64,000 bases of DNA. It comes from Bacillota bacterium. GTDB lineage: Bacteria > Bacillota > Sulfobacillia > Fermentithermobacillales > Fermentithermobacillaceae. Positions 28,426 to 36,578 of the stretch are shown piece by piece (positions within the stretch are counted from its first letter, which is position 1; each line of letters opens with the position of its first letter). Where the stretch lies: NCBI GenBank assembly GCA_050260675.1, contig JBLNCN010000011.1, positions 745,197 through 809,196 on the forward strand. Direction: 5' to 3'. The notes beneath the pieces were generated by a model. It was not told the DNA's origin. It did not search any database and saw nothing but the letters and a program-made list of their open reading frames with translations. Position numbers and translations under genes: made by a program.

Positions 28426-29042
28426 GCAGAGGGAGTCCTGGCTATCTGGGGGAGCAGCTCGGACAACTCTATGAACTCATCGGCAGCGTCCACCAGTTCG
28501 TCAGCCGCTTTAAAGTTGCATCGCTGGTAGGCGTCGGGGTGCTGCGTGGACAACACCTGTATCCTGACGCCCCTCTGCGCTACCGCCCGCACCAGCGGGA
28601 CGAAGTCCCCGTCCCCTGAGCAGAGGATGTACTTGTCACAGCGGTCAACCAAAGAGAGCATGTCGATGGCAAGTTCGAGGTCCAGATCGGCCTTTATCGT
28701 CCCGCCGGCGAACACCTTCAGCGGCTTTCGCACGACCATGTAGCCGTTCCTGTTCAGGAACCTGTGGAAAGATTGGGAACGCCTACGCCCGCTTTCCAGT
28801 TCCTCGCGGAGCGCAATCGGATCCGCGCTGTTGGATAGGCGCACGTACTGGTCAATGCTGTCGGTAGTCCATTCGCCCGTATAGTAGTAGGCCCTGATAA
28901 GGATGCTGTCCCTGGCAAGAATGTCGAGGAGCCTCACGAAGTCCACGTGTATCCCGAACGAATCGTAGGTGGCGTACTTGAAGTTCCAGCCGTCCACGAA
29001 CACGGCCAGCCTTGAAAGGGGTTTTACCACGTCACCGCTCAA
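28416..29042 (-). CDS. NYN-domain (LabA/YacP-like) putative RNase
   Basis: LAVFVDGWNF ... ILCSGDGDFVPLV ... GVRIQVLS: the NYN/PIN-like signature. Confidence 0.7.
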   Translation of the reverse strand: MSGDVVKPLSRLAVFVDGWNFKYATYDSFGIHVDFVRLLDILARDSILIRAYYYTGEWTTDSIDQYVRLSNSADPIALREELESGRRRSQSFHRFLNRNGYMVVRKPLKVFAGGTIKADLDLELAIDMLSLVDRCDKYILCSGDGDFVPLVRAVAQRGVRIQVLSTQHPDAYQRCNFKAADELVDAADEFIELSELLPQIARTPSAQK

Positions 29043-29062
29043 CCAACCAGCCCTCCAATACG

Positions 29063-29139
29063 TGGTGCGCCCGGCGCGGCTCGAACGCGCAACCTCTGGC
29101 TCCGGAGGCCAACGCTCTATCCAATTGAGCTACGGGCGC
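29063..29139 (-). tRNA. tRNA-Arg (anticodon CCG)
   Basis: The minus strand reads GCGCCCGTAGCTCAATTGGATAGAGCG TTGGC CT-CCG-GA GCCAG AGGTT GCGCGTTCGAGCCGCGC CGGGCGCACCA. The cloverleaf is complete and CCA is encoded. Confidence 0.8.
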
Positions 29140-29164
29140 ACAATCCTCGCTTCATTATATACGC

Positions 29165-29494
29165 CTAAAGCCGCCCGAACAAGATTAGCGCTCCTATCAC
29201 CACAAATCCCGCTCCTGCTACAAGCCTGATGATGTGGGCAGGCACCACTCGGTACAAGGTGTCCCCCACCAGCACTCCAATCAGCGAGGAAAGCACCAAG
29301 GCTGACGCCGATCCCAGGAAAACGCTCCACGGGGCTTTCTTTGACGAAGCGAGCATCATTGTCGAAAGCTGCGTCTTGTCGCCAAGTTCTGCGAAGAACA
29401 CGGAAACGAACGTCGAAGCAACGATTCTCCAGTCCAATTCAGCGAGCCAGGACGGCTCGTCCCTCCCCTCTACCGCGAAAGGCGTCCGCACCAA
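29165..29494 (-). CDS. UPF0016 / GDT1 (TMEM165) family single-repeat membrane protein (putative Mn2+/Ca2+:H+ transporter half-unit)
   Basis: The E-x-G-D-K-T signature (FFAELGDKTQL) is followed by 3 TM segments. Confidence 0.7.
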   Translation of the reverse strand: MVRTPFAVEGRDEPSWLAELDWRIVASTFVSVFFAELGDKTQLSTMMLASSKKAPWSVFLGSASALVLSSLIGVLVGDTLYRVVPAHIIRLVAGAGFVVIGALILFGRL

Positions 29495-29552
29495 GCCGCG
29501 GACGCTCTTTCCTCATTTCGCTGTACCCTTGCCGGGAATCCTCCCTACCGGG

Positions 29553-30887
29553 TCACCATATCCCCAGAGCTTGAGCTCTTCTATCCAACACGTCGTTCAG
29601 GGTCGGCCGGCCGATCTCCTGCAACTCGTATCTTACCCTTGTGTGAGGTTTGTCGATCCTGGCAACCTTGGTGAGATCTATGGGGGTAGCGATTACCACG
29701 GCGTCGCATTCGGTCCTGCGGATTGTCTCCTCCAGGTCCTTCACCTGTTCGTCACCGTATCCCATTGCGGGCAAGAGGGTCCCGATCCCGGGGTACTTGC
29801 GGTAAGTGGCCTCAATGCTCCTCACCGCATACGGCCTCGGGTCCACAAGGCTCTTGCAGCGATACCGCTTTGCCGCCACAACGCCCGCACCGTACTTCAT
29901 CTCGCCATGGGTGAGCGTGGGACCGTCTTCTACTACCAGCACTTTCTTGTCCGTTATGAGATCCGGATCGTCGACAAAGATGGGCGACGCCGCTTCAACC
30001 ACGTCGGCGCTCGGGTTCAGGCGCCCAATTGTCTGGCGCACGCGGTCCACGCCTTCAGGCGAGGCAGTGTCGACCTTGTTGATCACCACGATATCGGCCA
30101 TCCGCAGGTTGGTCTCGCCCGGGTGGTAGGTTTCCTCGTGGCCGGGGCGATGTGGATCCACCAGGACAATATGGATATCCGGTTTGTAGAAAGGAAGGTC
30201 GTTGTTGCCCCCGTCCCAGAGCACGATATCGGCCTCTTGCTGGACCGAGTGCAGGATCAGCTGATAGTCTACGCCGGCCCACACGACCATACCCCTATCG
30301 ATGATGGGCTCGTATTCCTCCCGCTCCTCGATGGTGCACTTGTGTTTCACGAGGTCATCGTAGCTGGCGAAGCGTTGGGCGGCCTGCTCGCCGAGGTTGC
30401 CGTAAGGCATCGGATGCCTGACCGCGCTCACCCTCTTGCCCTTCTCCTTGAGGATGTCAAGGACCCTGCGGGTTGTCTGGCTCTTCCCCACGCCAGTGCG
30501 CACCGCCGTCACTGCTATCACGGGTTTGGTCGCCTTCAGCATGGTCGTGTCCGGCCCCATGAGCACGAAGTCCGGTCCCGAAGCCATCACCATCGATGCC
30601 TTGTGCATCACATATTCGTGGGGGACGTCGCTGTACGCGAATACCACCTTGTCTATCTGGTGCTTTTTAATGAGCTCGGGAAGGTCCTCTTCAGGGTAGA
30701 TGGGAATTCCCTGCTCATAACCTCCGCCTGCCAGTTCGGGAGGGTAAAGGCGGCCGGAGATATCGGGGATCTGAGTTGCCGTGAAGAACGCAACACGATA
30801 CTCGGGATTATTGCGGAAAAAGACATTGAAGTTGTGGAAGTCTCTGCCCGCGGCCCCCATGATGGCCACGTTCCTGGGTTTGTCCAT
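29553..30887 (-). CDS. Cyclic 2,3-diphosphoglycerate synthetase-like P-loop NTPase, paralog 2 (G3E-like GxGKS + NKxD motifs)
   Basis: VAIMGAAGRDFHNFN ... AVRTGVGKSQTTRRV ... DIVLWDGGNND ... IVVINKVD. About 60% identical by eye to 33130..34452. The family name is recalled from annotation practice and not verified. Confidence 0.5.
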   Translation of the reverse strand: MDKPRNVAIMGAAGRDFHNFNVFFRNNPEYRVAFFTATQIPDISGRLYPPELAGGGYEQGIPIYPEEDLPELIKKHQIDKVVFAYSDVPHEYVMHKASMVMASGPDFVLMGPDTTMLKATKPVIAVTAVRTGVGKSQTTRRVLDILKEKGKRVSAVRHPMPYGNLGEQAAQRFASYDDLVKHKCTIEEREEYEPIIDRGMVVWAGVDYQLILHSVQQEADIVLWDGGNNDLPFYKPDIHIVLVDPHRPGHEETYHPGETNLRMADIVVINKVDTASPEGVDRVRQTIGRLNPSADVVEAASPIFVDDPDLITDKKVLVVEDGPTLTHGEMKYGAGVVAAKRYRCKSLVDPRPYAVRSIEATYRKYPGIGTLLPAMGYGDEQVKDLEETIRRTECDAVVIATPIDLTKVARIDKPHTRVRYELQEIGRPTLNDVLDRRAQALGIW

Positions 30888-30956
30888 GCGCGCATCTCCT
30901 CACTTGCCGGATGGCTTGCCGGCTTGCTGACCGGCGATCTTACCGGTCTTTGCAGG

Positions 30957-32945
30957 TTACCCTGCGATTTCAGTCTCTTCGGTCCTGGGTGTCTTGACCC
31001 AAGCCTTTGGCTCCTTGCCTATGCTCCTAAGGAGCATGGCGCTGGTATAGGGCACAGGGAACACGAACGCAGCCAGGGGCAGCATGAGGAGCCCCAGGTA
31101 GACCAGGATCTGCCCGGCTAACGAATCGGGCTTGCCTGACTCGTCCAGGTACTTGGAATACCGCTTGAACGCGTAGAGGGTAAAGCCCAAGTAGATCACT
31201 GAGAAGGCGCTGAGGACCCACTGCCCTGGAGGTGGGACGATGCTCGGGTCCAAAAGCCCCTTATAGTGCAGCCCCATGGCGATGGGCGGGACGAATGTCG
31301 CTGCCTGATAGGCAACCCACTCGACCTGTCCTTTCACCAGGAGACTCATGTGGAGCCGGTCGCGCTTGCCGGGCTCCGTGTCCTCCCAACTGGCCACCTT
31401 TTCGACCACTTGAAGGTGTCCGGTTCCCCACCGGAGCCGCTGCCGGAAAAAGGCGCGGAAGGTTGGCGGCGTCTGCTCCGACGACATGTAGGGCAGGTAC
31501 TCCGGCCATGCGTTGCAGGCGAGGTACGCTCTCGCCCCGAATTCCAGATCCTCGGTGAGGACCGAGCAATCCCAACCCCCGACCTCGTGGAGCAGGTCTT
31601 TGCTCACAAACACGTTGGTCCCGCCGACAAAGGGCAGGGTCCTAAACAGCCACGGCAGGTACCAGTCGTGGGCGATTGCCTGGTAGAGCGAGGCGATCCT
31701 GCAGAATGGGGTCATCTGGTAGAAGTTGCGGACCTGAAACACTGGTCCCTGGAGCACTCTCGAACCCTCGGGATCAAGCATCCTCCGGTATCCCACATAG
31801 AGCAGTACATCCCTGGCGGGTCTGCTCTCTGCATCGTAGAAGCCGCAGACCTCTGTGCGCGGGTCAAGGAAGGCGATACCCCAGTTTAGGGCCCGCCCCT
31901 TGGTCGAGGGCACCACTTGCCCGGTTCTGACTCCTCCCAGCTTCCCATCGAAGTCGGCGGGCACGACCACGTGCTTAACGGGAGCCGCACCCTGACGGGT
32001 CGAGATCTCGCGCGTAGCCCTCTCCAGGGCTTCCTGGGTTGTTGGGTACATCTCAGTCACGGTGCGGGCAACTGCATCGGGGAGGTCCGTCCAGGCGGAT
32101 TTGCGGACGGCCTCTGCGACTCGGCCTGCGATGAAACCCGTCATACGGGTCACGATGTCGCGGGTGAGCTCGTGGTTCGCCTGCACCGTGTGGCGGATGG
32201 TCTTGTCCAGAGTCCGCCTGCTGGTCCCATCGGAGATCTCGGCAAACGCGGCGATTACCGGCACAGCGACCGCCAGACACGCGGGGTACACCCGGCCCTG
32301 ATCAAGCGGAGAGAGCCACCCGCAGGTCCGGGACACAATGGAGAACAGCCTCTTTCTAGGCGGAGCGCCGTGGGAGCCGGCGATGGCGATGCAGATATCC
32401 CGTATCATCTTGTGCCTCTCCTGAGCGGGCAACGCGGCCAGCTCCGGCACACTGACCGAATACTTCTTTTGAAATCCCTTGGACAGGTATTCGCGGAGAG
32501 CGTACTCGGATAAGATGGAGAGCAGAACGGCTCTCACGCAGGCCTCTTGTTCTTTCGGCAGTGGCTCCCTCTGCTCGCCCCGGAGTATCGACACGGCCGC
32601 GCTCGTGATTTTGGCGCGGTCCGCCTCCGCAGATTGGATTTCCTTTTCGTCGGTGACAACGACCACTTCAAAGCGATCAGCTGGGTACTCCAGGCGGGTC
32701 AGGTGCCTCACCGTGTTCTCAATAACCAGGGACTCATTCCTGGCCGGCACCATCACGCTCACGAACGGCACGTCCCTGCCCAGCGCCCGGGCGGTCTCCT
32801 TCAGATCGCTTTGCCGGAGTGTGAGCCGCCTGTTCCAGTATTTCCTATCGCTGTAGCTCTTCCAGACAAAGAACCTGGCAAAGAGCACGAAAAAGACCAG
32901 ATAGACCGAAAAAGCAACCATGTAGATGCTCTGGGCTGTCGTCAT
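30957..32945 (-). CDS. Processive family-2 glycosyltransferase, polytopic membrane protein, with about 200-aa cytoplasmic insertion in the catalytic domain
   Basis: N-terminal TMs, then VMVPARNESLVIENTV, the DxD region FYDAESRP and QRLRWGTGHLQ (QxxRW), then C-terminal TMs. The start was chosen at Met 32945 (AAGGGAGG RBS). Confidence 0.7.
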   Translation of the reverse strand: MTTAQSIYMVAFSVYLVFFVLFARFFVWKSYSDRKYWNRRLTLRQSDLKETARALGRDVPFVSVMVPARNESLVIENTVRHLTRLEYPADRFEVVVVTDEKEIQSAEADRAKITSAAVSILRGEQREPLPKEQEACVRAVLLSILSEYALREYLSKGFQKKYSVSVPELAALPAQERHKMIRDICIAIAGSHGAPPRKRLFSIVSRTCGWLSPLDQGRVYPACLAVAVPVIAAFAEISDGTSRRTLDKTIRHTVQANHELTRDIVTRMTGFIAGRVAEAVRKSAWTDLPDAVARTVTEMYPTTQEALERATREISTRQGAAPVKHVVVPADFDGKLGGVRTGQVVPSTKGRALNWGIAFLDPRTEVCGFYDAESRPARDVLLYVGYRRMLDPEGSRVLQGPVFQVRNFYQMTPFCRIASLYQAIAHDWYLPWLFRTLPFVGGTNVFVSKDLLHEVGGWDCSVLTEDLEFGARAYLACNAWPEYLPYMSSEQTPPTFRAFFRQRLRWGTGHLQVVEKVASWEDTEPGKRDRLHMSLLVKGQVEWVAYQAATFVPPIAMGLHYKGLLDPSIVPPPGQWVLSAFSVIYLGFTLYAFKRYSKYLDESGKPDSLAGQILVYLGLLMLPLAAFVFPVPYTSAMLLRSIGKEPKAWVKTPRTEETEIAG

Positions 32946-33129
32946 CTGCAGTGAGGGCCTCCCTTGGTCTGGGCGCAACTCTACATGCCCGCCAAATAGT
33001 GTTGCGCCTTGCCAGAGAGGCTATTCGCTTGCTCACGTCGAGCCAAAGGGCCGGCTTCCGAAGACTCCGCGCCAGCCCTTCGGGCTCCTTGGTCTATCCG
33101 AACTCTTCTTCGTCTATCTGAACTGCGGT

Positions 33130-34452
33130 CTAGATAATGCCGCCTACCATTTTGATCGCGTCTTCCAGGGTCGGGGCGCCGATCTCCTGGAGCTCGTAAC
33201 GCACTCTCATTGAAGGCCTATCAACCTTCATAACCCTACGGAGGTCAATCGGAGTGGCGACGATGACCAGGTCGCACGGCACCGCAGCCACCGTCTCCTC
33301 CAATTCTTTCACCTGCTTGGGCGAGTAGCCCATTGCGGGCAAGAGGGGCCCGATGTGGGGGTACTTCTCAAAAGTGGCCGCTATGCTGCCGACGGCGTAC
33401 GGTCTGGGATCGACGAGCTCGGCCGCTCCCCACTTCCTGGCCGCCATGACTCCTGCTCCGTAGCTCATCTCACCGTGGGTCAAGGTGGGACCGTCTTCGA
33501 TGACCAGAACTCTCTTGCCGGCGATCTCCAAGGGTCTCTCAGGGAACACCGGCGACGCCGCCTCGACCACGATGGCCTTGGGGTTAACCGACCGGACGTT
33601 ATTCCTGACCAGCTCGACGTTGGCGGCTTCCGCGGTGTCGACCTTGTTGATGACGACAATGTCGGCTTGGCGCAGGTTGGCTTCCCCGGGATGGTAGCCC
33701 ACTTCGTGGCCCGGCCTATGCGGGTCAACCAGGACTATCTTGCAGTCGGAACGGTAGAAGGGAAGGTCGTTATTGCCTCCGTCCCAAAGTACTACGTCTA
33801 CTTCCTGTTCAGCCCTCTTGAGTATCTCTCCGTAATCCACGCCGGCGTAGACGATGGTCCCCCGGTCCAGATGCGGCTCGTATTCCTCCCGTTCCTCGAT
33901 GGTGCACTTGTGGTGATCGAGATCGCTGTAGTCGGCAAACCGCTGGCACGCCTGGTCGGCTAAGTTGCCGTAGGGCATCGGATGCCGGATGGCGGCAACC
34001 TTCTTGCCTGCAGCCCTCAGGATCTCGGTGACCTTGCGGGTGGTCTGGCTCTTCCCGACGCCTGTCCTCACCGCGCACACCGATATCACCGGCTTGCTGG
34101 ACCGGATGGCAGTTGCCTCGTACCCCAACATGGTGAAATTGGGGCCCGCCGCCAACACGGCCGAAGCCTTATGCATTACGTTTGCATGGCTCTGATCGCT
34201 ATAGGAGAACACGACCTCGTCAACCTTGCTCTTCGAGAGTATGTCGGGAAGGTCTTCCTCAGCGTAGATCGGGATCCCGTCGGGATACAGCTTGCCCGCC
34301 AGCTTAGCGGGGTAGGTGCGTCCTTCGATGTCCGGGATCTGGGTTGCGGTAAAGCAGACCACTTCATAGTCAGGGTTGTCCCTGTAGACCGTGTTGAAGT
34401 TGTGGAAGTCGCGGCCGGCGGCTCCCATGATTACGATCCTCTTTTTCGCCAT
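33130..34452 (-). CDS. Cyclic 2,3-diphosphoglycerate synthetase-like P-loop NTPase, paralog 1
   Basis: IVIMGAAGRDFHNFN ... AVRTGVGKSQTTRKV ... VVLWDGGNND ... IVVINKVD. Same architecture as 29553..30887. Confidence 0.5.
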   Translation of the reverse strand: MAKKRIVIMGAAGRDFHNFNTVYRDNPDYEVVCFTATQIPDIEGRTYPAKLAGKLYPDGIPIYAEEDLPDILSKSKVDEVVFSYSDQSHANVMHKASAVLAAGPNFTMLGYEATAIRSSKPVISVCAVRTGVGKSQTTRKVTEILRAAGKKVAAIRHPMPYGNLADQACQRFADYSDLDHHKCTIEEREEYEPHLDRGTIVYAGVDYGEILKRAEQEVDVVLWDGGNNDLPFYRSDCKIVLVDPHRPGHEVGYHPGEANLRQADIVVINKVDTAEAANVELVRNNVRSVNPKAIVVEAASPVFPERPLEIAGKRVLVIEDGPTLTHGEMSYGAGVMAARKWGAAELVDPRPYAVGSIAATFEKYPHIGPLLPAMGYSPKQVKELEETVAAVPCDLVIVATPIDLRRVMKVDRPSMRVRYELQEIGAPTLEDAIKMVGGII

Positions 34453-34498
34453 TAGCTGACCCTCCGGTTATCTTTGTCTGGCGCTTTAGTCCAAGTCC

Positions 34499-35428
34499 CT
34501 ACATGACCAAAGCAAGCAGCGCTTTTTGAGCATGCAGCCTGTTCTCGGCCTCATCGAAGATCACGGATCTGGGGGAGTCGGCCACCTCTGCCGTGACTTC
34601 CTCTCCGCGATGCGCCGGCAGGCAGTGCATGAATACGGTGTCCTTGCCGGTCTTCTGCATCATGACGGCGTTGACCTGATAGGGAGCGAGTTTCGCCAAG
34701 CGGACCTCTCGCTCTTTCTCCTGTCCCATGCTGGTCCAGACGTCGGTGTAGACGATGTCGATGTCCCGCAGACCGCTGTCGGCGTCGTTAGTTACAACGA
34801 TCTTGCCTCCGTGGTGCGCGGCGTCCTCTGTGGCCAGCCTGGTGATCTCCTTGTCGGGTTCGTAGCCTGGCGCGCACACCACGCGGACCTCCATGCCCAT
34901 CTTGGCCCCACCGAACATGAGGGAGTGCGCGACGTTGTTTCCGTCTCCCACGAAAGCCAGCTTGAGCCCCTTCAGATATCCGAACTTCTCCTTGATCGTG
35001 AGGAGGTCGGCCAGGATCTGGACCGGGTGAGTCAGGTCGGTAAGGCCGTTGATCACCGGGACCCTGGAGTACTTGGCCAGGTCCTCCACGTCCTTGTGGG
35101 AGAACGTGCGGATCATGATTCCGTCGCAGTAGCGGCTTATGACCTGGGCTGTGTCGGAGATGGTCTCCCCGCGGCCCAACTGCAGGTCATTAACTCCCAG
35201 GTAGAGGGCATGACCGCCGAGCTGGGTCATGGCCACTTCGAAAGACACCCGCGTCCTGGTCGAGGGTTTCGAGAAGATCATCGCCAGCGTCTTGCCCGCC
35301 AGCGGAGTAGGACGGATGCCCGCGTAGAAGTTCGACTTCATGTTCCACGCGGTGTCGACCACGGTCTCGATGTCCTCTTTGGACCAGTCGTGAAGCCAGA
35401 GAAGATGCCTGCCCTTTAAGTTCTTCAT
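34499..35428 (-). CDS. Ornithine carbamoyltransferase (anabolic vs catabolic role not decidable)
   Basis: STRTRVSFE (carbamoyl-phosphate site), HCLPAHRGEEV and DVWTSMGQE. The start was trimmed to the Met at 35428 with a perfect AAGGAGG RBS. Confidence 0.85.
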   Translation of the reverse strand: MKNLKGRHLLWLHDWSKEDIETVVDTAWNMKSNFYAGIRPTPLAGKTLAMIFSKPSTRTRVSFEVAMTQLGGHALYLGVNDLQLGRGETISDTAQVISRYCDGIMIRTFSHKDVEDLAKYSRVPVINGLTDLTHPVQILADLLTIKEKFGYLKGLKLAFVGDGNNVAHSLMFGGAKMGMEVRVVCAPGYEPDKEITRLATEDAAHHGGKIVVTNDADSGLRDIDIVYTDVWTSMGQEKEREVRLAKLAPYQVNAVMMQKTGKDTVFMHCLPAHRGEEVTAEVADSPRSVIFDEAENRLHAQKALLALVM

Positions 35429-35462
35429 TCGAATCCTCCTTTGCGTACGGCCCCTGTGCCGC

Positions 35463-36551
35463 CTACATTGCATTTGTTGCGTTTACCCAGACCTCGCCCC
35501 TCATCTCCAGCTCTCTCCCGCACTTCGGGCATGATCCGCCCTCCAAGCGGGACTCCTCCAGTTCAAGGCCCCCTCGGGCCAGAAGAAGAGTGTGGCACTC
35601 GGGGCAGAGAGTGTCAGCGTAGCCCTTCTTCCACGCGTTGCCGATGTACACATAGTGGAGGTGTTCCCTCGCGATGTCGCGCAGGCGCTCCAGCGTACCG
35701 ACAGGCGTGGCGGGAGACTCGAACTTGTAGTTGGGGAAGTACCTCGACAGGTGCAGTGGAATGGACGGTGACAGTTGGTGAAGCCACCGCGCAAGGCCGC
35801 CAACATCCTCGTCCCTGTCGTTCTCACCGGGTATGACCAGGTAGGTTACCTCGACCCAAGCCTGCTCTACAGCCTGCTCCACTGCCCTCATAACCGGTGC
35901 CAGGCGCCCTTTCACAGTCCTGCGGTAGAACTCCTCGGTCCACCCCTTCACGTCGATGTTCAGCGCGTCCACGAGTGGGAGCGCTTCCGAGAGAGCTTCA
36001 GTAGATATGTACCCGTTGGTGATAAGGACGTTGCTAAGTCCGGCCTGCTTGGCCAGGGCCGCGGTATCGAGGATGAACTCCATGAACACTGTTGGTTCAT
36101 TGTAGGTGTAGGCGATGCCTGTAACCCGCGGGTGCTTGCGCTTTTGTTCTAAGGCCAGGTCGACCACTTGGGAAGGCGTGGCCCTGTACAGATTAGGCCG
36201 CTCCTGGGATATTTGCCAGTTCTGGCAGAACAGGCACCCGAGGTTGCACCCGTAGGACCCTACCGAGAACAGGTAGCTGCCGGGGTGGAAGTGGTATAGC
36301 GGCTTCTTCTCGACGGGATCCAGAGCGAGTGAAGACAGGAGCCCGTAGTTCATGCTGTAGAGGACCCCGTCTCTCACTTCGCGGACGCCGCACACACCTG
36401 TCTTGTCAGAGAGGATGACGCAGCCGTGGGGGCACAGACGGCACCTGACGGCTCCGTCCTCCTGCTTCTCCCAGAACCGGGCCTTCCGTAGTTCCACCGC
36501 AGCGCCCCTCTCACAAATCCCCGGGCAGTAAACTACCAGCCATCGCCCCAC
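35463..36551 (-). CDS. AmmeMemoRadiSam-system radical SAM enzyme
   Basis: An N-terminal Cys cluster CRLCPHGC precedes the radical SAM motif GCNLGCLFCQNW. It sits adjacent to the MEMO1/AMMECR1 gene. Confidence 0.8.
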   Translation of the reverse strand: MGRWLVVYCPGICERGAAVELRKARFWEKQEDGAVRCRLCPHGCVILSDKTGVCGVREVRDGVLYSMNYGLLSSLALDPVEKKPLYHFHPGSYLFSVGSYGCNLGCLFCQNWQISQERPNLYRATPSQVVDLALEQKRKHPRVTGIAYTYNEPTVFMEFILDTAALAKQAGLSNVLITNGYISTEALSEALPLVDALNIDVKGWTEEFYRRTVKGRLAPVMRAVEQAVEQAWVEVTYLVIPGENDRDEDVGGLARWLHQLSPSIPLHLSRYFPNYKFESPATPVGTLERLRDIAREHLHYVYIGNAWKKGYADTLCPECHTLLLARGGLELEESRLEGGSCPKCGRELEMRGEVWVNATNAM

Positions 36552-36578
36552 AGGGAACCTCGACCGACGCGAGATACG

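Noticed and set aside
29229-31121. 630-aa plus-strand ORF
   Set aside because: It is antisense to the well-supported cDPGS-like gene 29553..30887 and the UPF0016 gene. It is Arg/Pro/Gly-rich with no motifs, a typical GC-rich antisense frame.
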